Shown piece by piece: positions 53,801 through 64,000 of a DNA stretch of 64,000 nucleotides. The position numbers and the translations under genes were made by a program. The stretch spans positions 186,001 through 250,000 of the forward strand of contig ML996700.1 of assembly GCA_010356995.1 (NCBI GenBank), given 5' to 3'. Source of the DNA: Trichodelitschia bisporula (Eukaryota). Each line of letters begins with the position of its first letter. The first letter of the stretch is position 1. The notes beneath the pieces are model-generated. The model had not been told where the DNA came from. It did no database searches and saw only the letters and a list, made by a program, of their open reading frames with translations.

Positions 53801-55589
53801 ACCCTGGGTTTCCGCGAAATATTGAATTGAACATTTTCGACAAGAATTGAAAGCACCGAAATACTGTCCGGGCATTCCATACCGAAAGCAGCGATGTCTT
53901 CGCGGAAATTCTCGGATTTATCGCCACTCCGGCCGCTGGCTGGAAGGTCACAGTGTGTGCATACAAATCCAACATCATCGGAAGAAGTACCGGTGTGAGG
54001 CCACGAAACCGGCATAAGGCTGAGATTCCGGGAACACGGCGCATATCCCATACCGGTAAATATGGTGCACCGTTCTTCCTCTGAAAGGAGGTTATAACGT
54101 TGCCTGTGATGTCAGCATTGCTTTTAGACGGAGAACAACTTCATACATCACGTATTCAGCATTTGTAGGATGGTTAAACAGTTCCGTAAAGCTAGGGCGC
54201 TCCCCCTCGGTAGTTTCCGCATCCTGGCGCCTTTGACGTTTGGGTGGCGGAATCGCAGAGTGCTCCAAGTCAGAAATCTCGGCGCTGGGCTCAGTTGCGT
54301 TGAATTTCAGTCGCTGAACAAGGCCCTGAAATGATTAACAAAATGCAACTCCTAGGGTCGATCGGGAGAGTTTACAGGAACAATGTGGCTCAGTTTACCG
54401 GCTGCCTCCAAAAATAGTGGGTGAGTTGCGACGGCATTGCAAGCCTGCAGGTGGCTTTCATAGCTATCGGTGAGGCCTAGGCCGAGGTGATGGAGCTGAT
54501 GCATCAAGTTTCGGATCTCCTTGACTTCAGGATTCTGTGGGCACTCTCGGTCAAGCCTCAAAATGAGAGTTCCGAGCACGTCGAGCAGTGCGTCAGAATT
54601 TCGGAATAGGGCACTAGGGTGACAAAGTAGAAGCAAGGTCCGAGTAAGTTTAAGGACCTGATTTAAACTGCCAGACACGGCCGTGGACCGGCTGAGGCCC
54701 TTTGCAAGCCGACGGCAGCAGTCCATAAACCACGTCATGTCTGGAATTGGCGACCTTTCCGTCCGTACAGTCCGCCATTTTGGATTCCACTCTGTAGAAA
54801 TGACGACAGACAGCAGATGAAATGCAAGCATGGCAGCTTGGATTGGGTCTTGAAGGGTAACTTGATACCCTTGCGGGAGAACTAGGGCCTGAATAGCGTT
54901 CGGCCAGAGGAACGACATGCTCTTGAGGGACGGGAGAGCGACGGAAAATGCTAAAATGGATGCTGCGTCCTCGGACCATCTCTCTAGAGCAAACAGAGCA
55001 TCTAGGATTCTGATTAGCCTTTCCGACCGTTACACCAGCTATTAGCGAAAACATTACCTTCGATCAAGCCTTCCAAAACCCGTACAATCAGAGGTCCGTA
55101 GCGCCATGTGTCTGTACTCTTGCAAGGCGAGTAAGAACACACGGAAAGTACCTCGCACAGGTCGTCCTGAAGTGATTCTAACCTGTAGGATCCCAACAAC
55201 TTCAACATGCGGGGCAAGAGCCAGAGGAACAGAGGCGGTTTCAAGGTCTGGTTAGAGATGTCTTTTCCATCGAAGAGCAAGACTTCCGGATTGCGTTCGA
55301 CAGCCAATCGAATGACATGAAGACTATCAATTGCCTGCCGCACTAACGCATCTGGGGAAAAAGGATCCTTGACAAGCACCTCAAGGCCAGCTTCGGCGAC
55401 GACTTGGATGAGCTGGGAATTTGTATCGACATTCGTCTCTTCGATGGCCGGATCTTTTAAGTATTCCTGCAGCAGTTTACCAAAAAGGGCCTGGTTCTCC
55501 GGTTCTCTGCGTGCAACGTCAGCTCGGTGATGCACGATTTGTGCGGCAACGGTGGAGGGCGGCAACCCGTCGCCAACGTAGCCATTCAT
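47868..55589 (-). CDS. MEC1: ATR/Mec1/Rad3 (UvsB) checkpoint PIKK kinase; 11 introns: 55002-55057, 54326-54375, 54104-54146, 53617-53662, 53414-53463, 53267-53316, 52491-52534, 51214-51260, 50639-50684, 50110-50154, 49155-49199
   Basis: FAT region (YARALFHWE, QIEEPDGIEG), kinase SLQRPKK...CKPKDDLRKDQRLMEF, GLGDRHGENI, HVDFNCLF, VPFRLTHN, FATC end MYLGWCAFF*. All junctions restore one reading frame. Confidence 0.96.
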
Positions 55590-55701
55590 GGTAAAGCCAC
55601 TGAATGCCGCATGAATTGGAGCGTAGGTTGAACTTGCTGTGAAATCGGTTACGGCCAGAGGTGGATGGATGTCGCGAAGGCGCGGCTGTGAAGTCAAACG
55701 G

Positions 55702-55719
55702 AACGCGCGTTATCACGTG
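55702..55719. promoter_or_regulatory. MCB-like palindrome AACGCGCGTT plus ATCACGTG E-box in the MEC1/COX16 divergent spacer
   Basis: Motifs lie ~115 bp upstream of the MEC1 ATG. MBF binds ACGCG cores in S-phase and DNA-damage genes. Confidence 0.4.
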
Positions 55720-55986
55720 CAAGCGCGGGGCCAATTTTGGTTCGGTGACCGGCAACTTTCGACGTCCTAGCTGGAAAGCTGCTCCACACATCTCGATTCC
55801 ATCGTCCCAACAAGCTCTCTTGTGTGCCACTGAATACCCTCTCGAGTACAGTGCGCCGGACGCAGTTATTATTTCCCCACGCGAGCCAATCGATAGCTAC
55901 GATCTTGCGAAACCGTCCGGTATTTTCAGGCCGACGTACTTCTCCAAACCACACACCTCCGCCGAGCGGAAACGAACGCTGTCAAC

Positions 55987-56361
55987 ATGACTTTCCAATC
56001 TAAAAAGCTTCCATCAGAATCCGCCATACGGTACCGAGCTGCCGTACAGCGCCGCCCCTTTCTCCTGTTTGGGTTGCCATTCATCAGCATGATGGTCGCT
56101 GGAAGCTTCTTCCTCACACCCGCTACGGCCATAAGATACGAGCGGCATGACAAGAAGGTAAAGCAAATGACGCAAGAAGAGGCGTTGAGCATCATGGGCA
56201 ATAAGCGGAAGGTCGATCCTAAAGAGGAGTACTATGTGAGTAAGGTCGCGCGCTGCCGCCAGTGTTAACGTATAGCAAAGCGATTGGCAGCTAAGGACAT
56301 CGACAACTGGGAGCAAAAGAGGATTGAGAGGCTTCCCGGTGAACCCGACGGAATTCTGTGA
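55987..56361 (+). CDS. COX16: Cytochrome c oxidase assembly protein Cox16; intron 56236-56280
   Basis: PFLLFGLPFISMMVAGSFFLTPATAIRYERHD...EEYY|RLAAKDIDNWEQKRIERLPGEPDGIL*. Confidence 0.93.
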
Positions 56362-56487
56362 CCTTCAGGATTTCGTCACACGTTGCATCGGACGGCGCAG
56401 GAGTGCAGCATTCACGGGTTGGGATTAGGCCTTTGTATTGATCTGGGAACGGTTTAGCTATACCCACTAGTCTAGCAACTCTACGCT

Positions 56488-57181
56488 CTATATGCCATTC
56501 AGCGGTAGGATATCAGTCTTCAGCTCTCGCAGTCTTTTTTGCTTTGGCTCCGGAGCCTTCTCGTTCTGTTGCACATAGAACCTCCTCAGCAGCATGATGG
56601 CCTCCTCCCTGAAAATGCCCCCATACACTTGATACGGAGGATTCACGCTCGGGCTGGAAAGGAATGATCAGTAGGCGATGCAACCATAGGATATACGTAC
56701 TCCTTGTGAATCGTGAGAACACCGCCCGTGCCTCCGAACCTCTCATTGAAACACCCAAAGTAGACCGCTCGAATACCATACTGCCTCAAAGCAGAGGCAC
56801 ACATGACGCATGGCTCAACTGTTACATAGAGATCGGTTTCCCGGAGGATGCTCGGAGGGTGAGTTTGTAGGATCTCAGCAATGGCCACAAATTCAGCGTG
56901 TCGGGTTCCCTAAGCATGTCGTAAGTAATGTTTGGTTTAGATGTGAGGACCACCTACGTTCAGGCTCCTGTTTGTATCGTTCATTCCTCTTCCGATAACA
57001 GTCCCATCATGAACGAAGACGCAGCCAACTGGAGTCTCGTCTGTCGCTAAGGCTAGCTCCGCCTCCATTGGTCAGCGTAGCCCCAGTAGTCAATGTTCAA
57101 ATATACCATTTTTATAGCTTCGCGCATGAAGCCCTCATGGTACTGGCGGTCGCCGGGTGGTTCAACAAGCTCCATGGCCAT
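56488..57181 (-). CDS. TAD2: tRNA-specific adenosine-34 deaminase subunit Tad2; introns 57063-57106, 56910-56957, 56654-56700
   Basis: FMREAIKMAELAL...ETPVGCVFV, NGTRHAEFVAI (HxE), LYVTVEPCVMCASAL (PCxxC), NERFGGTG, EAIMLLRRFYVQQNEKAP. Confidence 0.93.
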
Positions 57182-57340
57182 CGGATTTAGATTGCGTGTT
57201 GATCTGGCTGGCGCTGAACTCAGGAAGGTCTGGGTGACTCCATAAATATTCGCCCCGTCACGTGCAGGATCATGACAACCATAACCGTACGCCTCTGCGT
57301 CGTTGGCTTGCGGCTACATGGGTATTACCTAAATACGAAC

Positions 57341-59419
57341 TTATGATGGAGTATCAAACTGCGCATTCAACCGCTTAAAGGTATCGAGTAGGGAGGGCCT
57401 CGCCGCATGTCCATCCCACCGATAAGCCCGACTCTCAGTACCTTCCACCCTCCTGGTAGACCTGTCCAGTGCGTCCCTTCCCACTTCCGTGTCCATTTCC
57501 CGGGTAGACAGTTTCAGGGCATCCTTCGTCACATGTACGAGACACCGCACACTTACTGCCTCTCCACGTCTCTGGCCTGTCCTTAAAAGTTGAGGAAGGC
57601 CACCGAAAGTGTCATACTCCTTGAACTTGGAAGCAAGAACCTCGTATACCAGGTCGAGCGACAGAATGTTGTTTGCGTACGCTATAATTTCGGGGCAAGT
57701 AGAGAACGTCATCTGCTTCCGGAACACAGCTGAGGCGCTGTTGCCTTGCTTGTAGACAGTATCAAGAAGTGAGGTCGGCACGGAAACCACATACTCCGTG
57801 CCGAATGGTTTGGCACCAAGGTGAGTTATGACGTCCACTCCAATGTAGGCATCCATCCGGGCTCCAGATTCCAGACCATGCGTGCTGGATGGAAGAGTTA
57901 GCGTGGCTGAAGTCTTAAGTGGTTGGCTAAGAGCTTCGACAAGATCGTGCATGATGAGATTCGGAGTAGAGTGCGGCTTGATGGTAGCGAGTAATTCCTC
58001 GAGCTTCGTAAGCGACATGGTACCTGAACCATTAGTCGTGCCTTGTATGCTCAAGCTAACTGGAAAGCCGGCGGAATCAAGGACGCGAGTAATGTCGGTC
58101 AAGTAGGAACGAAGCTGTTTGAGAGCAGCGCTATGACGGAGATGCACCATGACGGGACGAACAATAGAACTCGGTGGTACGGGGCGCGGTTCTACTGTAA
58201 GAGGCGGGGGCAACTGAGAGCGACGGAGGAGTCGTAGACGATACGAATGTGAAAGTAACAGTCGCAAAGCCGTCGCTACATATTGTGCAAGTGGATCCTT
58301 GGCCGTGTCGCCTATTCTTGCGGGCGAACTGTCCAAAGGAACAAGATCAACCAAGATCTCATCATCGCAAACAAGATCTTCGTTGAGATGAATCGGGAGA
58401 TGAAGTATCCCCTGCTGATACCGAACTCCGATGGACTGCAGTTCTTGTTCACGCGCCTCGCCCACCATCTCGTGGAAGAGCTCTTCCTCAAATAGAGAGT
58501 CTCTCGCGCGGTGAACGTGCTGCTCCAGGGTCACCTCGTCCGAGGATGGCGAAAGCGAAGTTTGAATTTTTGAGGTTCCCTTGATATGGTTCCCTTGCTT
58601 AACGCGAACTCTCAGCGTCTTTGGAGGCTGCGCGAGGCCTTGGTCCAGTATTATCGAGCCATCTCCACTAGGCCGGAGCACCGCGACACCACGCCTTTCG
58701 AAGATTGGCCCGGCTTCACTGGGGCCAAACTTGACGAGCATGGTGCGCAGATCGCCCGGGCGCTGGTAAATGGGCCACCCATGTTGGCTGACGGATAGGA
58801 GATGTTCCCAGTACTTGACTTCACGCTGGACATCCGATTTCAGTCTCTCTGCTGAGCTGAGAAGGGAATCCGATGCCGACTTCAAGCTCTTGATCTTCCA
58901 CCCCATCTTGACGAGATTGTCCTCTTCCATCTGTGCCTCATCCCGCAGGGGCATTTCCCATATGTCATAAGCTAGGGTTCCCAAAGGAACATGTTGCTTC
59001 AGCGCAGGTGATATACCAAGCTCCCCATGCTTTGGGTTGTACTTGGACTGGAGTAAGGCGACCATATCCAGAGCCATGAGCGTCTCATTGAGACCCGCGC
59101 TACAGGATGTCAGCAAATCTCCATCAGGATGCCGCAAGGGGGGCTGGGCATACCTGAGGTGAGCCAGCATTTCTGCCCTTTTGGTCGCAATGTACCGAAC
59201 AGTGCCTTTTTCCTCGTCCTGGGTCTCGGGCTCCGTAGCAACATCCTCCACTTGGGTATCCTCGACAATTTCTTGCTGCAAGCTTTCTTCCGTAAGATGC
59301 CTAAAGCCTCCGCGTTGGGTGGAAATCCGGCCGATGACGTCTTTCAGCGAGTCGGCCGAATCAGACTGGAGGTGCGGGTGGAGGGAAAGGGTGAAGGAGC
59401 TTGGGTTTGACGCAGCCAT
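57341..59419 (-). CDS. MED17: Mediator subunit Med17 (Srb4); probable in-frame intron 59100-59153
   Basis: IGRISTQRGGFRHLTEESLQQEI, MALDMVALLQSK, GWKIKSL...EVKYWE, ARDSLFEEELFHE, typical of fungal Med17. Confidence 0.9.
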   Translation of the reverse strand: MAASNPSSFTLSLHPHLQSDSADSLKDVIGRISTQRGGFRHLTEESLQQEIVEDTQVEDVATEPETQDEEKGTVRYIATKRAEMLAHLRYAQPPLRHPDGDLLTSCSAGLNETLMALDMVALLQSKYNPKHGELGISPALKQHVPLGTLAYDIWEMPLRDEAQMEEDNLVKMGWKIKSLKSASDSLLSSAERLKSDVQREVKYWEHLLSVSQHGWPIYQRPGDLRTMLVKFGPSEAGPIFERRGVAVLRPSGDGSIILDQGLAQPPKTLRVRVKQGNHIKGTSKIQTSLSPSSDEVTLEQHVHRARDSLFEEELFHEMVGEAREQELQSIGVRYQQGILHLPIHLNEDLVCDDEILVDLVPLDSSPARIGDTAKDPLAQYVATALRLLLSHSYRLRLLRRSQLPPPLTVEPRPVPPSSIVRPVMVHLRHSAALKQLRSYLTDITRVLDSAGFPVSLSIQGTTNGSGTMSLTKLEELLATIKPHSTPNLIMHDLVEALSQPLKTSATLTLPSSTHGLESGARMDAYIGVDVITHLGAKPFGTEYVVSVPTSLLDTVYKQGNSASAVFRKQMTFSTCPEIIAYANNILSLDLVYEVLASKFKEYDTFGGLPQLLRTGQRRGEAVSVRCLVHVTKDALKLSTREMDTEVGRDALDRSTRRVEGTESRAYRWDGHAARPSLLDTFKRLNAQFDTPS

Positions 59420-59888
59420 GGCGATGACTCTAGGACGCTAATATCGGAGTGATCGTAACCCACTGTAGGACGTGGGACAAGTCGGTTAGGATTACTTCGG
59501 TAGGAGTGCTGTGGTGGAGAAGTGCCTACGGTACATAAGTTGCAGTGTACGGATGGAGTACATCCGAACGGATTACAGACCGTCCAAACAGTTTGAGATG
59601 CGCACGGACCACCCTTGCACCGTGGGGACTCTAACACACCAAGCTGTATGTGGTTAGCGGCGGCAGCTTATCGATAGCTATCCGACCAGCCTGACACCTG
59701 ACCTTAGACTGAGCATGTGCCAGCAAACAAGGGGGGGGGGGTACTGTAGAGGTGGGGGGCCAGTGCAGTTCTTGACCTTCTCCGCCGTAAGGTTATTTGC
59801 CTCTTGCTGCCGTTCGGGAGTACTTGTACGTGCAGCTTCCCGTCACTTCAACCTTTCAACCGCTGCTTTTGACTTTCTTCCCTCCAAA

Positions 59889-61479
59889 ATGACTAGCCGA
59901 TACCGTGTAGAATGTAGGCGCTTCAATCTCTTCTTCCCTGCCCAATTTCGCGAAGCTAACTCCTCCATCAAAGATGCTCTCAAGGTGCGTCCGTCGAAGT
60001 GGCGGTCACCGCCGGTTTCTAGCCAGCCCGATGCTAAATGTCAGGTTTAGACACATCGACGTGATCAATTGGTGTGTGTCTTTGTCGTGAGAGCCTTTTG
60101 AAAGGGAATACTAAATCGCTGCAGATAGAATGGATCAAAGTATGTTTTCAGCCTCCTCGACCAGCATCAAAGTTGGAACGGATTTAACCCCAGCAGGGCT
60201 TGCTCGCTGTACCGTTCGTGCTTCACTCTCAGCCTACAGCCATCTTTGAACCGCTACGAGAGCCAGCGGAAAACACGGCGCTTGCTGCCCAGCGCCGATA
60301 TGTAGAAATTATGAGAGATGTTGAGGAGCTGATCAACGACCATAGTAAGTCTTCAGCCAAATACATACAGTAGGAGACGTCTAATGCTTCCTGAGTCGCG
60401 CATCAGAGAGCAGGAACCCATGACCGGTCAAAGTTGAAGTTACTAGTGCCCTCGGTCGGCATATTCTTCACCCCATTGCTCTTGCACGATGCCTTTATAT
60501 ATCAAGACACCCGTCGCTTCATTAGCTGGCGACGGTTTGTCGCGCCCTCATTCAATGACATTCGACTCATCCTCAACACGGCTCAGGTAATGAGTCTTGT
60601 GCGCTCCGGCCCCCTCGATCTGGTTACCTTCGACGGCGATGTCACACTATACGACGACGGCGGCTCATTTGCACCAGATTCCCCACTTCTCCCCCGCATA
60701 ATCGATCTTATGCGCAAAGGGACGAAAATCGGCATTGTGACCGCAGCGGGATACACGGTTGCTCGGCGCTACTACGAAAGGCTGCACGGGCTGCTGGATG
60801 CCGTCCATGACTCCGACCTCCCATCGACCCTCAAGGCAAATCTCATCGTTTTGGGGGGTGAGAGCAGTTATCTCTTCAAATTCTCCGAGGGCGAACCAGA
60901 CCGACTCAAAATGGTTCCTCGCGACGAGTGGCTGTTAGATGAGATGAGGATGTGGCAGGAGTCTGATATCACCGAGCTTTTGGACCTGGCCGAGCTGGCG
61001 CTTAAGGACTGTCTCGTGAGCTTGCGTTTGGATGGGCAGATTCTACGCAAAGAACGGTAGGAATCCACTGTGATCTGTGCAGGGTGCTAATTACTAGTAG
61101 AGCTGTCGGCATTATCCCATTACCTGGCCATAAATTCTGTCGTGAGGCATTGGAAGAGACGGTTTTGGTAACGCAAAAGGTCCTCGAACTATCCCCTGTT
61201 GGACGTAGGCTCCCATTTTGCGCTTTCAACGGAGGAAACGACGTCTTCGTCGACATTGGGGACAAGTCGTGGGGTGTCCGCGCCTGTCAGCACTTCTTCC
61301 ACGGCATTGATGCCTCGCGGACGCTGCATGTGGGCGACCAGTTTCTCAGCGCGGGCGCCAATGACTTCAAGGCGCGGCTGGCCTGCACGACTGCGTGGAT
61401 CGCTAGTCCTGCAGAGACAGTCAACCTGCTGGATGAGATTGCCGACCTGGACCGTCTTGTGGAGAGGAAGAATCGTTAG
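59889..61479 (+). CDS. ISN1: IMP-specific 5'-nucleotidase Isn1 (HAD fold); exons 59889-59913, 59974-59984, 60051-60071, 60125-60139, 60197-60344, 60396-61056, 61101-61479
   Basis: Spliced start MTSRYRVEYALKTHRRDQLIEWIKGLLAVPFVL, RRFVAPSFNDIR, LVTFDGDVTLY, IVTAAGY, AFNGGNDVFVDIGDKS, LHVGDQF...NDFKAR. Confidence 0.95.
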
Positions 61480-62280
61480 ACGGGCCCGTGGGTGTACCTG
61501 ACGAGTTGCGTTGCATATTGGCCTCGAATGATCATTGCCGGTGTCAGACCGATGCACACATCATATTCTGAAGTTAAAGCTTGACGCGATGAGCCGAGCC
61601 AATCATAGGATAATGAAGCAGAAATCCTAGGAAGCATTGAAGATTAGACACGTTCCCGTGATGTGTGCGTACTGTGTACACCTGTTTTGCCATTAGCATG
61701 TGCTGACAAGGAGTTCCGCTAGTTGAGCCAACAGAAATTCGGGCACATTGCCGGTGGAGTGCGGATAACCCAACTATCGCAGGCTCGAGTAACTGCCTCT
61801 TGCCAGACCGTTACGGATGTACATCCGTACAGTGGCATCTCTATCTCCTCGAAAGTCAACAGAGCCTATTCTGCCCGTGGTGATGATTTCGTTTCGTAGT
61901 CTCATGGTTCCTGGGGCCGTACTTGGCAGGGGTGTACCTCGGCCCCCCTTTGGTGGCGACGGTTCGCGTTGCAGGGCCCGTCAAGGTTTGGTACCAGTGC
62001 CGATCTATCAAAACCCCTAAAATGCCATGTAAGCCTAATACTTGCCACACAACTGAACACCGAGCGAACTCTCCTTTATTGAGTACTCTCAGTCTCTCGC
62101 TCTCTCATCTCCCCCAGCTCTGTCCAATTCACTTCACTCGAGCTCCCGCATAGAATAGAGCTCGTCGGCCGGTGACCTAAGGTTAACAGCACCTTCTCAG
62201 GATCACCCACGGCCAGCACTACTAGCACGTCTCCTCGCTATCCCTTCTTTCGCCCTCGTCTCTTACCGTAACACTTAAAT

Positions 62281-63843
62281 ATGGATATATCCGCCGCGGA
62301 CCTCGTGCGCCTGCTTCTTCCCAAGCTCCCCTCCATCACAAAGTCCATCCTCCTCCACGCCCTTCGCCTCTCCGATACGTCCGCAAAATGGGACCTCCGC
62401 ACCGCACTCACCATGGCCATTCTCCGCTGCCTCGTCGGCACCGACACACCCCACCCAATGGGCAAGCAACAGCACAACTCAATTCGTGATCCCGGAGTTA
62501 AAGGCCGGCTCTGGGTCTCGCGACTCGCGCTCCCCGCCCCACCCGAGGATGACGCGCGGGCGACTCTCTTCGCCGCCATTGAGGCTATGAAGCTCGACGG
62601 CATCGAAACATACACGCAGCCGGCTATCCTGCCCGTCGAGGCGGAATGGACGGGCTACCGGCCCAACGTAGCCAAAGATGCGCCCGAGCCTTCCATCTCC
62701 GAGGCTGAGAAGTACGAATCCCTGCTCAAAGACGCGTCGGGTCCAACTGTCATCCTATACTTCCATGGCGGCGCCTACTTCCTCATGGATCCCGCCACGC
62801 ACCGCAATGCCACGGCGCGTCTGGCGCAGCTCACAAAGGGCCGCGTGCTCAGTGTGCGCTACCGCCTCTCGCCGCAGAATCCCTTTCCCGCCGCTCTCCT
62901 CGACGGCCTAGTCGCGTACCTGTCCCTTCTCCATCCGCCTCCAGGCGCTCCCCACGCCGCGGTGAAGCCGGAGAACATTGTCTTCGCAGGCGACTCAGCC
63001 GGCGGGAACCTCGCGACCGCGCTGCTGCAATTCCTCCTCCAAGCACAGCGCGCTAACGGCGGCCACCCACCGCCGATTTCCTTCCACGGCGCCCGCATCC
63101 CGCTCGCTCTCCCCGCCGGCGTCTCGCTCAATTCTCCATGGATGGATGTCACGCGCTGTCTGTCGAGCCTGGTGTCCAACGCCAAGTGGGACTACCTCCC
63201 TCCGCCCACGGCCCTCGAAGCCCTGCGCTACACGCCGGACGATATTTGGCCCACGAAGCCACCGCGCGTCGACGTCTTCTGCGACGGAGCCGCGATGACA
63301 CACCCGCTTGTTTCGCCGCTTGCGGCGCTGGATTGGACAGGTGCGCCACCTGTGTACATTGTTAGTGGCGAGGAGATGCTCGCGGATGAGGCACAGGTGG
63401 TCGCGGCGCGAATGGCGCGGCAGGGCGTGGTGGTCGAGTGGGAGCAGTGGGAGGCGATGCCGCATTGCTTTGCGATGGTGTTTCAGGGGACGGAGATAAA
63501 TCGGCGCGTGTTCGATACATGGTCGGACTTTTGCGTGCGTGTTACTACGGGGCAGGAGGTAAAGCCGCACGGAGTATGGGTGGAGGCTAAGACGTGGGAA
63601 AGGAAGGAAGTGGATGTTAAGGGCCTGACAGCTATGCCGGATGATGAGGTGTTGCGGCAGATGCGGGAAAAGAGGGACGAGAGGATCAGGGTCGGAGAGG
63701 AGTATTTGAAGAAGTTGGCTGAAGAGGGAGTAGGCAAGGTCCAGGCCGATCATGCGAAGAAGGGCCAAGCCAAGCATGAGGTGCATGCAAAGGAAGAGGA
63801 GGCGAAGGCCAATGGCAAGGCCGGAGAGACAGCGAAGTTATAA
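62281..63843 (+). CDS. HSL-family alpha/beta hydrolase (esterase/acetyl-hydrolase-like), intronless, C-terminal AKL
   Basis: LYFHGGAY oxyanion motif, YRLSPQNPFPAALLD, nucleophile GDSAGG, SPWMD, PLVSP, MPHCF. Confidence 0.92.
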   Translation: MDISAADLVRLLLPKLPSITKSILLHALRLSDTSAKWDLRTALTMAILRCLVGTDTPHPMGKQQHNSIRDPGVKGRLWVSRLALPAPPEDDARATLFAAIEAMKLDGIETYTQPAILPVEAEWTGYRPNVAKDAPEPSISEAEKYESLLKDASGPTVILYFHGGAYFLMDPATHRNATARLAQLTKGRVLSVRYRLSPQNPFPAALLDGLVAYLSLLHPPPGAPHAAVKPENIVFAGDSAGGNLATALLQFLLQAQRANGGHPPPISFHGARIPLALPAGVSLNSPWMDVTRCLSSLVSNAKWDYLPPPTALEALRYTPDDIWPTKPPRVDVFCDGAAMTHPLVSPLAALDWTGAPPVYIVSGEEMLADEAQVVAARMARQGVVVEWEQWEAMPHCFAMVFQGTEINRRVFDTWSDFCVRVTTGQEVKPHGVWVEAKTWERKEVDVKGLTAMPDDEVLRQMREKRDERIRVGEEYLKKLAEEGVGKVQADHAKKGQAKHEVHAKEEEAKANGKAGETAKL

Positions 63844-64000
63844 CGGCGCTGGAGTTGTTAAGGGGTAACTATCATGGCACAATGGAAGCAAGCTGAGCCT
63901 GATAGCCACGCTTGCTTAGACGACTATGGACAGTGATACCCAATACAGCGGCGATGTTTTGTAGTTCAAATTCACAAGCGAGAAGATACTAGTTTCAGTG

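Noticed and set aside
62995..63786. 263-aa antisense ORF, and similar antisense ORFs over NOT1, ERG13, HOF1 and the Rds1-like gene
   Set aside because: Shadow ORFs caused by high-GC3 coding on the opposite strand.

Overview
Eukaryotic genomic DNA from a filamentous ascomycete (Pezizomycotina; the short GT-AG introns with CTRAY branch sites and the gene set support this, but the species cannot be named). I reconstructed 16 protein-coding genes by manual splice joining: a Ran1/Pat1-type kinase, Prp4 kinase, Hof1/Cdc15 F-BAR-SH3 protein, NOT1, an intronless unknown protein, an Rds1-like secreted ferritin-like protein, an ARA2-type aldo-keto reductase, an uncharacterised single-pass membrane protein, HMG-CoA synthase (ERG13), RTF2, ATR/MEC1, COX16, TAD2, MED17, ISN1 and an HSL-family hydrolase ending in a PTS1. 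This is mostly housekeeping sequence. I found no transposon, CRISPR, rRNA, tRNA or secondary-metabolite cluster, and no multi-gene novel system that I can defend. The best leads are: (i) the kinase leader, where a long upstream ORF is in frame with the kinase and separated from it only by one TGA-CTG, and which also carries a 9-nt-periodic array of 5' splice-site-like motifs; (ii) the orphan gene at 30880-31911; (iii) a diverged ~200-bp tandem duplication in the HOF1/NOT1 divergent promoter; (iv) repeated non-coding motifs around the kinase; and (v) several splicing oddities (GAG acceptors, tandem donors, microexons). All coordinates were counted by hand.
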